From NCBI GenBank assembly GCA_035545635.1, contig DASZXY010000011.1, forward strand, positions 133,805 to 197,804: a DNA stretch of 64,000 bases. The letters run 5' to 3'. Below are positions 9,821-18,217 of the stretch, one piece after another. The notes under the pieces were generated by a model that was not told where the DNA came from, did not search any database, and was given only the letters and a program-made list of their open reading frames with translations. The position numbers and the translations under genes were made by a program. The DNA is from Mycobacteriales bacterium (GTDB lineage: Bacteria; Actinomycetota; Actinomycetes; JAFAQI01). Each line of letters begins with the position of its first letter. The first letter of the stretch is position 1.

Positions 9821-10275
9821 GTCTCAATCCTTACTTTGTGCAGACTGGCTCTGTGTCAGATAGGCCGGCGGCGAGCAGCGAACTGGTCCGCAGACAGATG
9901 AGTGCCCAAGCGCGGGAGAACACGAAGCCTGAACTCGCGGTTCGCAGAGCGATGTTCGCGAGGGGCTTGCGGTTCAGACTGCACATGCGCATCGGTCGCT
10001 GTAGACCTGACGTGGTGTTGACCCGCGCGAGGATCGCCGTGTTTGTCATGGGTGACTTTTGGCATGGCTGTCCGGTCCACGGCACAGCACCGAAGTCGAA
10101 CGGCACGTGGTGGGCGGAGAAGCTCGACACAAACCGCGCTCGAGACGAACGCCAGCGGGCTGAACTTGAGGCGCTCGGTTGGCAGGTCGTGTGGGTGTGG
10201 GAATGCGAAGACGCAGTCGATGCCGCAGGGCGCATCCACAGGTTGTGGCGAGAACGGACGTCCGGGGAACCCTGA
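9814..10275 (+). CDS. vsr: Very short patch repair endonuclease (T:G mismatch nicking)
   Basis: Aligns by eye with E. coli Vsr (RRQM...NTKPELAVRRAMFARGLRFRL, RPDVVL, FVMGDFWHGCP, WWAEKLDTNRARD, LGWQVVWVWECE). The true start may be GTG 9838 or 9853. The ATG at 9814 would overlap the divergent GHKL start at 9820. Confidence 0.85.
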   Translation: MPCLNPYFVQTGSVSDRPAASSELVRRQMSAQARENTKPELAVRRAMFARGLRFRLHMRIGRCRPDVVLTRARIAVFVMGDFWHGCPVHGTAPKSNGTWWAEKLDTNRARDERQRAELEALGWQVVWVWECEDAVDAAGRIHRLWRERTSGEP

Positions 10276-10297
10276 GAATGCCCGGCCGCGCTCCTTC

Positions 10298-12205
10298 TCA
10301 TGCGCTGCGAACTGTCAGTTCGCAGCTCGCTTGGCGACACACCCCAACGAACGGGCACGAATCGCAGAGCGGCTCTTGCAACGTACAGACGGCTCGTCCC
10401 AGTGCGACAACGGCCGCCATCCGAGCCCCAGCCTTCGGCCCCCCACCGACAAGAGCTGCGAGAGCCAGTCGTCCATCCGACAGTCGGTCCACGCGATCGA
10501 CTGGCCTGCCCGTTATGCGAGCCACCACCCGCATCGGCGGTTGGGTGGTGAGGAGTGCGTCATCATTGAATGCGAGGACCGAGAAGCGCGCGGCCTCGGC
10601 TGGTTGAAGAACGACCGACTCCCACCAGCGGGCCTCATCATCCGGCTGACTGCGGCGTTGCGCAGCACGCCAAGCCTTCGCCGCGGGAAGTAGCCGCTCC
10701 AAAGCGGTGCGCGCGCCCCGGGGCACCGCCATATCTGCGAGTCGTCGCGCGGTCAGCTCATCCGGCGTAGGAAGCTGCCAGAGGATGTAGTGGATTGTCC
10801 CGTCATCAACTTTGTTATTGCCAAGGACGCTGCTGATCAGCGCGCTCCACGGATCGCATGGATGGCGCCAGGGGCTGACGGCTGCATCTTTCTCCGCCCA
10901 TTCGTCGAGCCTCGTTCTCGCAGCTTGGAGCGTCTCTCTCGGAATGTGCGCTGGTGGTTGATGACCGGCGATCGTCGGCTCAGTCTCGGCTGGGACGCGA
11001 TGTCCGAGCGCTATCAGGATCTGACGGCCAATGCGCTCTGCGAGGAGGGGAGGAACGGCATTGCCGATTTGCCTGTATGCGTGAGTCCGATTACCCGCGA
11101 ACCGGTACCAGTCGGGAAATGTCTGAAGGCGTGCAGCTTCGCGGACAGTGAATGTTCGTTCTTCGGTCGGGTGGATGTACCAGTAACCGTCTTTTGCGAT
11201 GTGCGCAGTGATGCTCCGTGCTAGCTCATGCTTGCCGTGTCGCTTGTACTTGTCGTCAAACGTGTCTGCCCGGTATCGCCTGAGGCGTTCGGGAAGATCG
11301 CTGTACCGCGTAGTGGGCGTCATCAGCTTGAACGCCTCGCGATCGTCGTCCCTGACAGCTCTGGCGACGTGGTCGAATACCAGCTTTGCTTGGCGCCCGG
11401 TCATGCCCGCCCTCGCGCGCTCTTGAAATGGTGTCTTCGGTCGCCTGTAGGGAAGTTCGTCGGCGCCCGTGCCTTCGCCGAGTGCGGGTAGATCGCTGAT
11501 GGCATCCCAGATGTTCACTTGCGGCCGGGGAGTTGGCCAGGTGAATGGTCGATCTGTCCTGAGGGCGACCAGGATGAACCGCTGACGATGCTGTGGGATG
11601 CCGAGCTCAGGCGCCTCAACGACGTCGATGTATGTTTCGTAGCCTGCGTCCTCCAGCTTGCCCAGGATCTGCCTGACGATCCGGAGATCGTCTCCAAGAG
11701 CCAGGTCGGGAACGTTCTCGAGCATGACGGCATTTGGTGACACTGCGAGCACGATGCGGAGCCAAACCTCCCACAGGTCGCGGCGCTCATCGATCGCGTT
11801 CCGCTTACCAGCGTCAACGAGGTGTCGGATCGCACTCCGGCCCGCTCGACTGAACGGCTGACACGGCGGTCCCCCTGCGATCAGCGCAATGTCGGCTTGT
11901 TTGAGGAGGCGGGTGAGGCGCCTTTCCTTCGTCTCGTCACTCAGGTCCATCTCGACGGCGAGGCCCTGCATGTTGGCGGCGTGCGTTTCGATGGACCACG
12001 GATCGTGGTCCACCGCAAGGGCAACGCGAAAGCCTGCGTCTTCCAATCCGAGGCTGAGGCCCCCGCCGCCGCAGAATAGGTCGACCGCGAGTGGTCTCGA
12101 TTGACGCTTCGCCCACTCCGGCCAAGACTTCCAGGTGGGAGCGCGCGGGTCCGCCTCGAGCCTCAGCGCGGCGCTGCGTTGCACCTTGACCATCGGAGTT
12201 CCCAC
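10298..12205 (-). CDS. dcm: DNA (cytosine-5)-methyltransferase fused to a C-terminal EndoIII/HhH-GPD-like domain with a 4Fe-4S loop
   Basis: C5-MTase motifs: I DLFCGGGGLSLG, IV GGPPCQPFS, VI ENV, VIII QHRQRFILVA, X QIGNAVPPLLAE. The C-terminal roughly 200 aa end in CTLQEPLCDSCPFVGVC, which is C-X6-C-X2-C-X5-C, the EndoIII/MutY cluster signature. Confidence 0.9.
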   Translation of the reverse strand: MGTPMVKVQRSAALRLEADPRAPTWKSWPEWAKRQSRPLAVDLFCGGGGLSLGLEDAGFRVALAVDHDPWSIETHAANMQGLAVEMDLSDETKERRLTRLLKQADIALIAGGPPCQPFSRAGRSAIRHLVDAGKRNAIDERRDLWEVWLRIVLAVSPNAVMLENVPDLALGDDLRIVRQILGKLEDAGYETYIDVVEAPELGIPQHRQRFILVALRTDRPFTWPTPRPQVNIWDAISDLPALGEGTGADELPYRRPKTPFQERARAGMTGRQAKLVFDHVARAVRDDDREAFKLMTPTTRYSDLPERLRRYRADTFDDKYKRHGKHELARSITAHIAKDGYWYIHPTEERTFTVREAARLQTFPDWYRFAGNRTHAYRQIGNAVPPLLAERIGRQILIALGHRVPAETEPTIAGHQPPAHIPRETLQAARTRLDEWAEKDAAVSPWRHPCDPWSALISSVLGNNKVDDGTIHYILWQLPTPDELTARRLADMAVPRGARTALERLLPAAKAWRAAQRRSQPDDEARWWESVVLQPAEAARFSVLAFNDDALLTTQPPMRVVARITGRPVDRVDRLSDGRLALAALVGGGPKAGARMAAVVALGRAVCTLQEPLCDSCPFVGVCRQASCELTVRSA

Positions 12206-12241
12206 GGCGCTATGTTCCCATCCACCTAAGACATGTGTGAC

Positions 12242-12832
12242 TCACAACATCGCTCCCTCATCTGCCGTGTCTGGTAACCCAGGCGAGCCGGTCGGCCCAT
12301 ACCCGAATACGTGAGCGCTGAGGACGTCGACCTCCCGCCTTTGATCACCGAAGAACGCTCCCAATCGCCGGGCGACGAGGGGAAATGGCTTCTCGCGTGA
12401 TGCGCCGGCCTCGCTCCAGTTCGCGTTAGGAACCACGAGGAAGAGGTGATGCGCGTCAGGTGCGACGTGCGCCTTCCAGAAGTCCTTCAGATCGTGGTTG
12501 TTGGTAGTCGTACCGCCCCGCTCCACCTCCGCCAAGATGCCACGTCCGTCTGCCAAGCGATAGACGAAGTCAGGGCGCGCCCTGGTGACGAGGCCAAGTT
12601 GCGGCGTGAGTACCACCTCCTCTCGAAAGCCGAGTTCTTCACGTAGTAGTTCAGAGACGATGGACTGAACGGCGAGGCTCGTGGCGCCGTGTACGTGTAT
12701 TGACGTGATGGCCTGCTCTCGGGCATTGAGATGGGCCAAAAGCGATTGGGCGAGTTGGTCGACGTGGCCTTGTTCGACGGCCTCGTCGTTGGTCATCGCA
12801 TGGCGGACGAAGCGCCTGTATGCGGTGGCCAC
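12242..12832 (-). CDS. Hypothetical protein, possibly restriction-endonuclease-like; upstream of dcm in the same operon
   Basis: 196-aa ORF (likelier start ATG 12796). The segment RPDFVYRLADGRGILAEVERGG loosely resembles a PD...ExK core, but the Lys is not in register. 36-nt gap to dcm. Confidence 0.45.
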   Translation of the reverse strand: MATAYRRFVRHAMTNDEAVEQGHVDQLAQSLLAHLNAREQAITSIHVHGATSLAVQSIVSELLREELGFREEVVLTPQLGLVTRARPDFVYRLADGRGILAEVERGGTTTNNHDLKDFWKAHVAPDAHHLFLVVPNANWSEAGASREKPFPLVARRLGAFFGDQRREVDVLSAHVFGYGPTGSPGLPDTADEGAML

Positions 12833-12964
12833 AGCGCACGAGCTTCACATTCGAATGCGTGGAAAGCTAGAAAGGTTCAGATGAAGCCCCTGCAGGTGCC
12901 CGAAGCTAGGGGCAGCCGTCTACCGGCCTGGTGAGTCCCCCTGTACCGCACAGTCCGCGGCCTT

Positions 12965-13489
12965 CTAGCCCTCGCGCTGGGTCCGCGCGATCCGGCGCGC
13001 CAGAATTGCCCTTCCGCGCGCCCCGTACGGCCCCGCTTGCCCGACGCGCAGCAGGAACGGCAGGTACGTGTCGACCTCAGCCGGGTCCACGCGTAGGTCG
13101 TTGTGATAATCGCCAGGGAACGCGACGTTCACCGCACCCCGAAGCCGCGGCGAGGCCTCGTCGTACGGCGGGTCGAAGTACGGGTCACCCGCCGAGCCGT
13201 TGTAGATCGTCATCCACTTCGTCGGCCCCGGTGTCTCCAACGACCCACCTGGACCGTTGAGCCGCGCCAGCCACGGCGAGCCGGGCACGAGCTCGTTGAA
13301 CCCGTAATAAGAGGTCTCGATCCCGCGGCAGATTGAGATGCCGTGGTTGCCGCCGGCGATCCCGACGACCGCGACGACGTCACGCGCCAGCGCCGGGTAG
13401 CGCCGCATCGTGTCGCGCGCCAGCGTCACGCCGAGTGAGTGCGCGACGATGTCGATCTTGCGCGAGTACGTGTACGCCGGCACCGGTTC
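12965..13489 (-). pseudogene. 5'-truncated lipase/esterase (class-2 lipase-like alpha/beta hydrolase) remnant
   Basis: The last 174 codons of the 1012-aa antisense ORF read as KIDIVAHSLG (GxSxG elbow), VVGIAGGNHG, ...HNDL. This aligns by eye with Bacillus LipA from KVDIVAHSMGG onward. There is no start codon and no oxyanion-hole (HG) region upstream in any frame I translated. Confidence 0.45.
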
Positions 13490-13666
13490 ACCACCTCGTC
13501 GTCGTTCGCCGAGCCGGTACCCGGGTCCAAGCGCTCGCAGGTCGGCGCGAGAGCGCGCCGCACTCAAGCCAGCCCAACCGCGAGTTGGCGCAACTGTCGG
13601 CGCCTGGTGCGATCCTCTTGGACAAATCGTGAACTGCGTGCGACCAGGCCGAGGGGTGGTGATCGG

Positions 13667-16600
13667 GTGACTGAGCACCTCCTCACGCCGTCGAAGATCA
13701 CGGCCTGGCTCGACTGCGCGCACTACCTGACCCTCAAGCACGAGGTCGAAGCCGGCACCCGCAAAGCGCCCCTCGCGGTCTTCGGCTGCTTCGCGCGGCT
13801 GATTGCCGACAAGGGCCTGCTGCACGAAGACCAGTGCCTCACCGAGTACGCCACGCAGGGCCGCGCGATCACCCGAATCGCCGACCAAGACAGGGCGAAC
13901 CACGAGCTCTTCGCCGACTGGACGGAGCGGGTCGGCAACCCGCTCGACGGCGGCGCGGACGTCGTCTACCAGCTCCCGCTGATTCACGACGGCATCCGGG
14001 GCATCGCGGACTTCGTCGCTCGCACGACGTACGACGACGGCACGGTCGTCTACGAGCCGGTCGACGCGAAGCTTGCGCGCAAGGAGGCCAAGCCGGGGCA
14101 CCTGCTGCAGCTGTGTTTCTATGCCGATGCCCTCGAAGCGCTCACCGGCAACCGGCCGAGGAACATGCACATCTGGCTCGGCAGCGGCATGGTCGAGACG
14201 TTCGTCGTCGATGAGTTCGCGCCGTACTGGCGCCGTATCCAGCATCAGCTCGCCGTCCTGCTCGCCGAGGACGCGACGACCAAGCCGGCAACCCGACCCG
14301 AGCCGTGCGACCACTGCACGTTCTGCGAGTTCGCGGGCACCTGCGAGGAGCAGTGGCGCTCCGAGGACTCGCTGATCTACGTCCACGGGCTGCGCACCGC
14401 CGATCGGCAGAAGCTGGAAGCGGCCGGCCTCGACCGGCTCGCAACCCTCGCCAACCGAGGCGAACCCGTCACCGGCATCGACACCGAACGCCTCGCCCGG
14501 CTGGTGAAGCAAGCGTCGCTCCAGCACGCGGCTAGGTCGCTCGAAGACGGCGCGCCCCCGCCGTACCTGATGATCCCGGCCGGCGCCGACCTCGCCTGGG
14601 GTCGGGGGCTCGAACAGCTGCCGCTGCCCGACGACGGCGACGTCTTCCTCGACTTCGAAGGCCACCCGTTCTGGACGCCGCGCGGAGGGCTGTTCTTCCT
14701 GTTCGGGCTGACGATGCAGACCACGCCGGGCACCTGGGACTACAAGACGTGGTGGGCCAACGACCGTGCTGAGGAGGCTGAGTCCTTCTGCGCGCTGGTC
14801 GACTTCATCGGCGAGCGCCGCACGGCGTACCCGGGCATGCACGTCTACCACTACAACCACACCGAGCGGTCCTCCCTCGAACGGCTCGCTCGCGACCACA
14901 CCTCGCGCGAGGTCGAGGTCGCGCGGCTGGTCGAGACCGGAGCGTTCGTCGACCTGCTCGCCGTGGTGCGTAACGCGATCCAGGTCGGCACGGAGTCCTA
15001 CGGCCTGAAAGCCGTCGAGCGGCTTGCGGCCTACGAGCGCGGCCACGAGATCGACGCCGGTGCGGGCGCGGTCGTGAGCTTCGAGGAGTACTGCAAGACC
15101 GGCGAGCAGAAGCATCTCGACGCGATCGCCGCCTACAACCGCGACGACGTCGAGGCGACCCGCGCGCTGCGCGACTGGCTGGTCGCCAACCGGCCGGCTG
15201 ACCTCCCGTGGCGCGACGCGGTGCTCGAGGTCAGCGACGACATTGTCGAGCTCGACGAGCGGATCGCGGCGCTGCAGGCGTACGGCGCGGGCACGCCCGA
15301 GTTCCTGCTCGGCGATGTCCTCGGCTACTGGCGGCGCGAGTGGTCCGCTCACCTTGCGCCCCGGCTCGCGAAGTGTGCCGCCGATCCCGTCTCTCTGTAC
15401 GACGACTCCGAGGTGCTCGCCGGTCTCGTGCCGCTCGGTGCGGTCGACCGGATCGGCAAGACCGGGAAGGTCCTCGGCCAGGCGATGCGCTTCGAGTTCC
15501 CGCGGCAGGACACCAGCAGGTTCCGCGGAAAGGACCAGGTCCTCTACGCCGGCCCCGACGGCTGCCCGATCTACGTCAGCCTGCACCACCTCGACACCGA
15601 CGCCGGCAGCGTCGACGTGACCTGGCCGGCCACCGCAGATGGCTCGCCGCGGCCGCTCCCGACGGTGCTCGTGCGCAACGACTGGGTGTCGCCGAACCCG
15701 AAGCCCGCCGCCCTCGCCGACCTCGCCGACCGGATTCTCGACCCGTCGGGCCCACGACCGAACCCGGCCGCGCTCGCGCTGTTGCGCCGCGACCTCCCGC
15801 GGTTTCGGACAGGCGCCGGACCGGCGGGCGGGGTCTTCGCCGATGACATCGCCGAGATGAGGGGCTGGGCCGGCGAGCTCGACGGCAGCTACGTCGCTAT
15901 CCAAGGTCCGCCCGGCACCGGGAAGACCTACCGGGCCGCGCATCTCGTCTTGGCACTCCTGCGCGCCGGAAAGCGAGTCGGTGTCACGGCCTTCAGTCAT
16001 CACGCGATCGACAACGTCCTCGCCGAGATCGTCGACGTGATGACCAAGGAAGGCGCGCTCGATCTGCTCAACGCCGTCCGCCGAACCGACGACGACGGCG
16101 CGCTGCCGCGCGTCACCTACACGAACAAGAACCCGCTGTGTGCGTCGACCGACTTCAACGTCGTCGCCGCGACCACTTGGTGGTTCGCCGGCAAGGACAT
16201 GGCCGAGGCGCCGGTCGACGTACTGCTCGTCGACGAAGCCGGGCAGCTAGCTCTCGCCGATGCGCTGGCCGCTGCGCGGTCGGCCCGCAACCTGGTCCTG
16301 CTCGGCGATCCGCTGCAGCTGCCGCAAGTCAGTCAGGCGTCACATCCCGGTGGTGGTGGCCACAGCGTGCTGCAGCACGTGCTCGGCGACGATGCGACGA
16401 TCCCGCCGGAGCGCGGCGTGTTCGTCACCGAGACCCGTCGGATGCATCCCGACGTCTGCGCGTTCATCTCCAACGAGATCTACGAAGGTCGCCTCACATC
16501 CCACCTCGCCTGCGCACAGCAGGGCACCGCAAGGTTCGGCACCGGGCTGCGTCGCCTGGCCGTCGAGCACGTCGAGCGGAGCACGTTCTCGCCGGAGGAA

Positions 16601-17119
16601 GCCGAGGCGATCTTCGATCAGATCGTGTTGATGCTCGGTAACGATTGGACCGATTCGGCGGGGGTGACTCAGCCACTCACGGCAGGTGACTTCACGGTGG
16701 TCGCGCCGTACAACGACCAGGTCGACTTGCTGCGACTTCGCCTCGGCGACGATCCGCGGACGGCCCAGGTGCAGGTCGGGACGGTCGACAAGTTCCAGGG
16801 CCGGCAGGCCGCCGTCGTGATGTTCTCGATGGCGACGTCGAGCGGTTCCGACATTGCACGCAGCGTCGAGTTCCTGTTCTCCCGCAACCGGCTTAACGTC
16901 GCCATCAGCCGCGCCCGTTGCCTCGCGTATCTCGTCTGCACCGAGGCGCTGCTCAACAGCCGCGCTCGCGACGTCGAGGAGATGAAGCTGATCTCCACGC
17001 TATGCGCGTTCGCGGAGCAGGTGGCCGGCCCGGCCTCGACAGCTTCGGATCGAGCACTCGATCTCATCGTGGTCAATCCGCCGTACGGGAGCCGTGAGCG
17101 CTCATTGCACGATCGCTAG
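13667..17119 (+). CDS. RecB-like nuclease (TM0106-type, Cys-cluster) fused to an SF1 helicase (AAA_11/AAA_12, Dna2/Upf1-like)
   Basis: N-terminus has IRGIADFV...EPVDAKLARK (D...D/ExK) and CDHCTFCEFAGTC. C-terminus has Walker A QGPPGTGKT, LLVDEAGQ, GDPLQLPQV, VDKFQGRQA, and NRLNVAISRAR. The start is moved to GTG 13667 (VTEHLLTPSKI), in frame with track ORF 13439. Confidence 0.85.
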   Translation: MTEHLLTPSKITAWLDCAHYLTLKHEVEAGTRKAPLAVFGCFARLIADKGLLHEDQCLTEYATQGRAITRIADQDRANHELFADWTERVGNPLDGGADVVYQLPLIHDGIRGIADFVARTTYDDGTVVYEPVDAKLARKEAKPGHLLQLCFYADALEALTGNRPRNMHIWLGSGMVETFVVDEFAPYWRRIQHQLAVLLAEDATTKPATRPEPCDHCTFCEFAGTCEEQWRSEDSLIYVHGLRTADRQKLEAAGLDRLATLANRGEPVTGIDTERLARLVKQASLQHAARSLEDGAPPPYLMIPAGADLAWGRGLEQLPLPDDGDVFLDFEGHPFWTPRGGLFFLFGLTMQTTPGTWDYKTWWANDRAEEAESFCALVDFIGERRTAYPGMHVYHYNHTERSSLERLARDHTSREVEVARLVETGAFVDLLAVVRNAIQVGTESYGLKAVERLAAYERGHEIDAGAGAVVSFEEYCKTGEQKHLDAIAAYNRDDVEATRALRDWLVANRPADLPWRDAVLEVSDDIVELDERIAALQAYGAGTPEFLLGDVLGYWRREWSAHLAPRLAKCAADPVSLYDDSEVLAGLVPLGAVDRIGKTGKVLGQAMRFEFPRQDTSRFRGKDQVLYAGPDGCPIYVSLHHLDTDAGSVDVTWPATADGSPRPLPTVLVRNDWVSPNPKPAALADLADRILDPSGPRPNPAALALLRRDLPRFRTGAGPAGGVFADDIAEMRGWAGELDGSYVAIQGPPGTGKTYRAAHLVLALLRAGKRVGVTAFSHHAIDNVLAEIVDVMTKEGALDLLNAVRRTDDDGALPRVTYTNKNPLCASTDFNVVAATTWWFAGKDMAEAPVDVLLVDEAGQLALADALAAARSARNLVLLGDPLQLPQVSQASHPGGGGHSVLQHVLGDDATIPPERGVFVTETRRMHPDVCAFISNEIYEGRLTSHLACAQQGTARFGTGLRRLAVEHVERSTFSPEEAEAIFDQIVLMLGNDWTDSAGVTQPLTAGDFTVVAPYNDQVDLLRLRLGDDPRTAQVQVGTVDKFQGRQAAVVMFSMATSSGSDIARSVEFLFSRNRLNVAISRARCLAYLVCTEALLNSRARDVEEMKLISTLCAFAEQVAGPASTASDRALDLIVVNPPYGSRERSLHDR

Positions 17120-17154
17120 CCAATCACCTTTTCGATGTCGGGACTGATCCATCG

Positions 17155-18108
17155 CTAGTCGAGTTCGAGCGTTTCGCCTGAGCGACGGATCGTGAGCCGA
17201 GTGTCAGGAGCGATCGAGCGGAGACGGGCTACCCCCAGGCGCAAGATGCCGGACCTCTCCTTGTCGCCGTCTATCTGGGGATCCCAAAGGCATTCGATCG
17301 TCTCGCCGCGAAGCGCGACGATTACGCGCTGACGGGCAGGCGGGAACGCGGCTTTCGACCGTTGAGGGATTCGGACCCGTCCGCCGTCGATGTCCTTTTG
17401 AGTGATCCGCTGCGATTGAAGATTTGGCGGTACGGCCTCGCGCACCGTCCGCTCTCGCGGTGAGCCTTGCCTCGGGTTGCTAGCCGCCTGGCCACCACGA
17501 GGCGATTGAGGCCGAGAGAGGTGCCGCGCCGAGCGGAGCACCTCTCGCCGCGCTGCTGCAACCTGGTCCTTGAACGAATGTGTCGAATGGGTCCCATTGA
17601 GAGGTGGCGCCAGGAGACCAACCACCGCCGCCTCGAGGCCCGGCGTCCACGGTGCCGCGTCGGGGGCGACCGACACCGCCGCGTTCGCGGCAAGCCAGTC
17701 GGTCAGGCGCGATTCATCCTCGTATCGCGGCTTGTTGTTGTTGTTGGGCGTCGTTCCGACGAGGGTCAGACCCAGCGTCGGCAGCAGCGAAGCGATCGAG
17801 TACCGGAATGTCGACCGGCCCACCTTTCCCCGCTGATGTGTCCTGATCCGGCCGGCCAGAGTTGCCGAGCTCTCACTGTTGCGGGGTGAGATGCCGACGT
17901 ACAACAGACTCCATCCCGTCGGAGCGCCCGGAGGGTGGCACATCGGAACCGCAGGGCGGAAACCTTTGAGCCCGCTATTCGCGACCCACCAGGCGTAGAA
18001 GCCGGGGACGTCAGGGATCTCGACTGAGCCTCCGGCGCCAGCGACAAGTTCGGCGGATATCCGCGCCGCGCGAGCTCCAAGATCGTCGTCACTCGCCACG
18101 AACTTCAT
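17155..18108 (-). CDS. GIY-YIG-like nuclease-domain protein with a C-terminal putative DNA-binding beta-barrel module
   Basis: N-terminal motifs GFYAWWV, LLYVGIS, LAGRIRTHQRG, STFRYSIASLL, and EAAVVGLLAPPLN follow the GIY...YIG...R...E...N order. The C-terminal part contains ITQKDIDGGRVRIPQRSKAAFP... It is paralogous to the C-terminus of 36019..37413. Confidence 0.6.
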   Translation of the reverse strand: MKFVASDDDLGARAARISAELVAGAGGSVEIPDVPGFYAWWVANSGLKGFRPAVPMCHPPGAPTGWSLLYVGISPRNSESSATLAGRIRTHQRGKVGRSTFRYSIASLLPTLGLTLVGTTPNNNNKPRYEDESRLTDWLAANAAVSVAPDAAPWTPGLEAAVVGLLAPPLNGTHSTHSFKDQVAAARREVLRSARHLSRPQSPRGGQAASNPRQGSPRERTVREAVPPNLQSQRITQKDIDGGRVRIPQRSKAAFPPARQRVIVALRGETIECLWDPQIDGDKERSGILRLGVARLRSIAPDTRLTIRRSGETLELD

Positions 18109-18217
18109 CGTGCCCCCTCACCCTCAGAGTGATCCTCGATTCCAGGGATGCCGGTGCAGAACGCCTCTACGCGACCGCACGGTCGGACGTCGATCCGTCC
18201 GCACGGTCGTGCGCCGG

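Noticed and set aside
280-12950. Shared 9-mer ccgcacagt near both ends of the low-GC block (about 287 and about 12943) as possible att direct repeats
   Set aside because: A 9-bp match between two windows of about 150 bp is expected by chance at roughly the 10% level. There is no integrase or tRNA to support it.
12965-16003. 1012-aa minus-strand ORF
   Set aside because: From about 13490 to 16003 it is antisense to the well-supported nuclease-helicase gene. It has an Arg/Val/Asp/Gly-rich shadow composition typical of high-GC antisense frames. Only its last 174 codons (the lipase remnant) look genuine.
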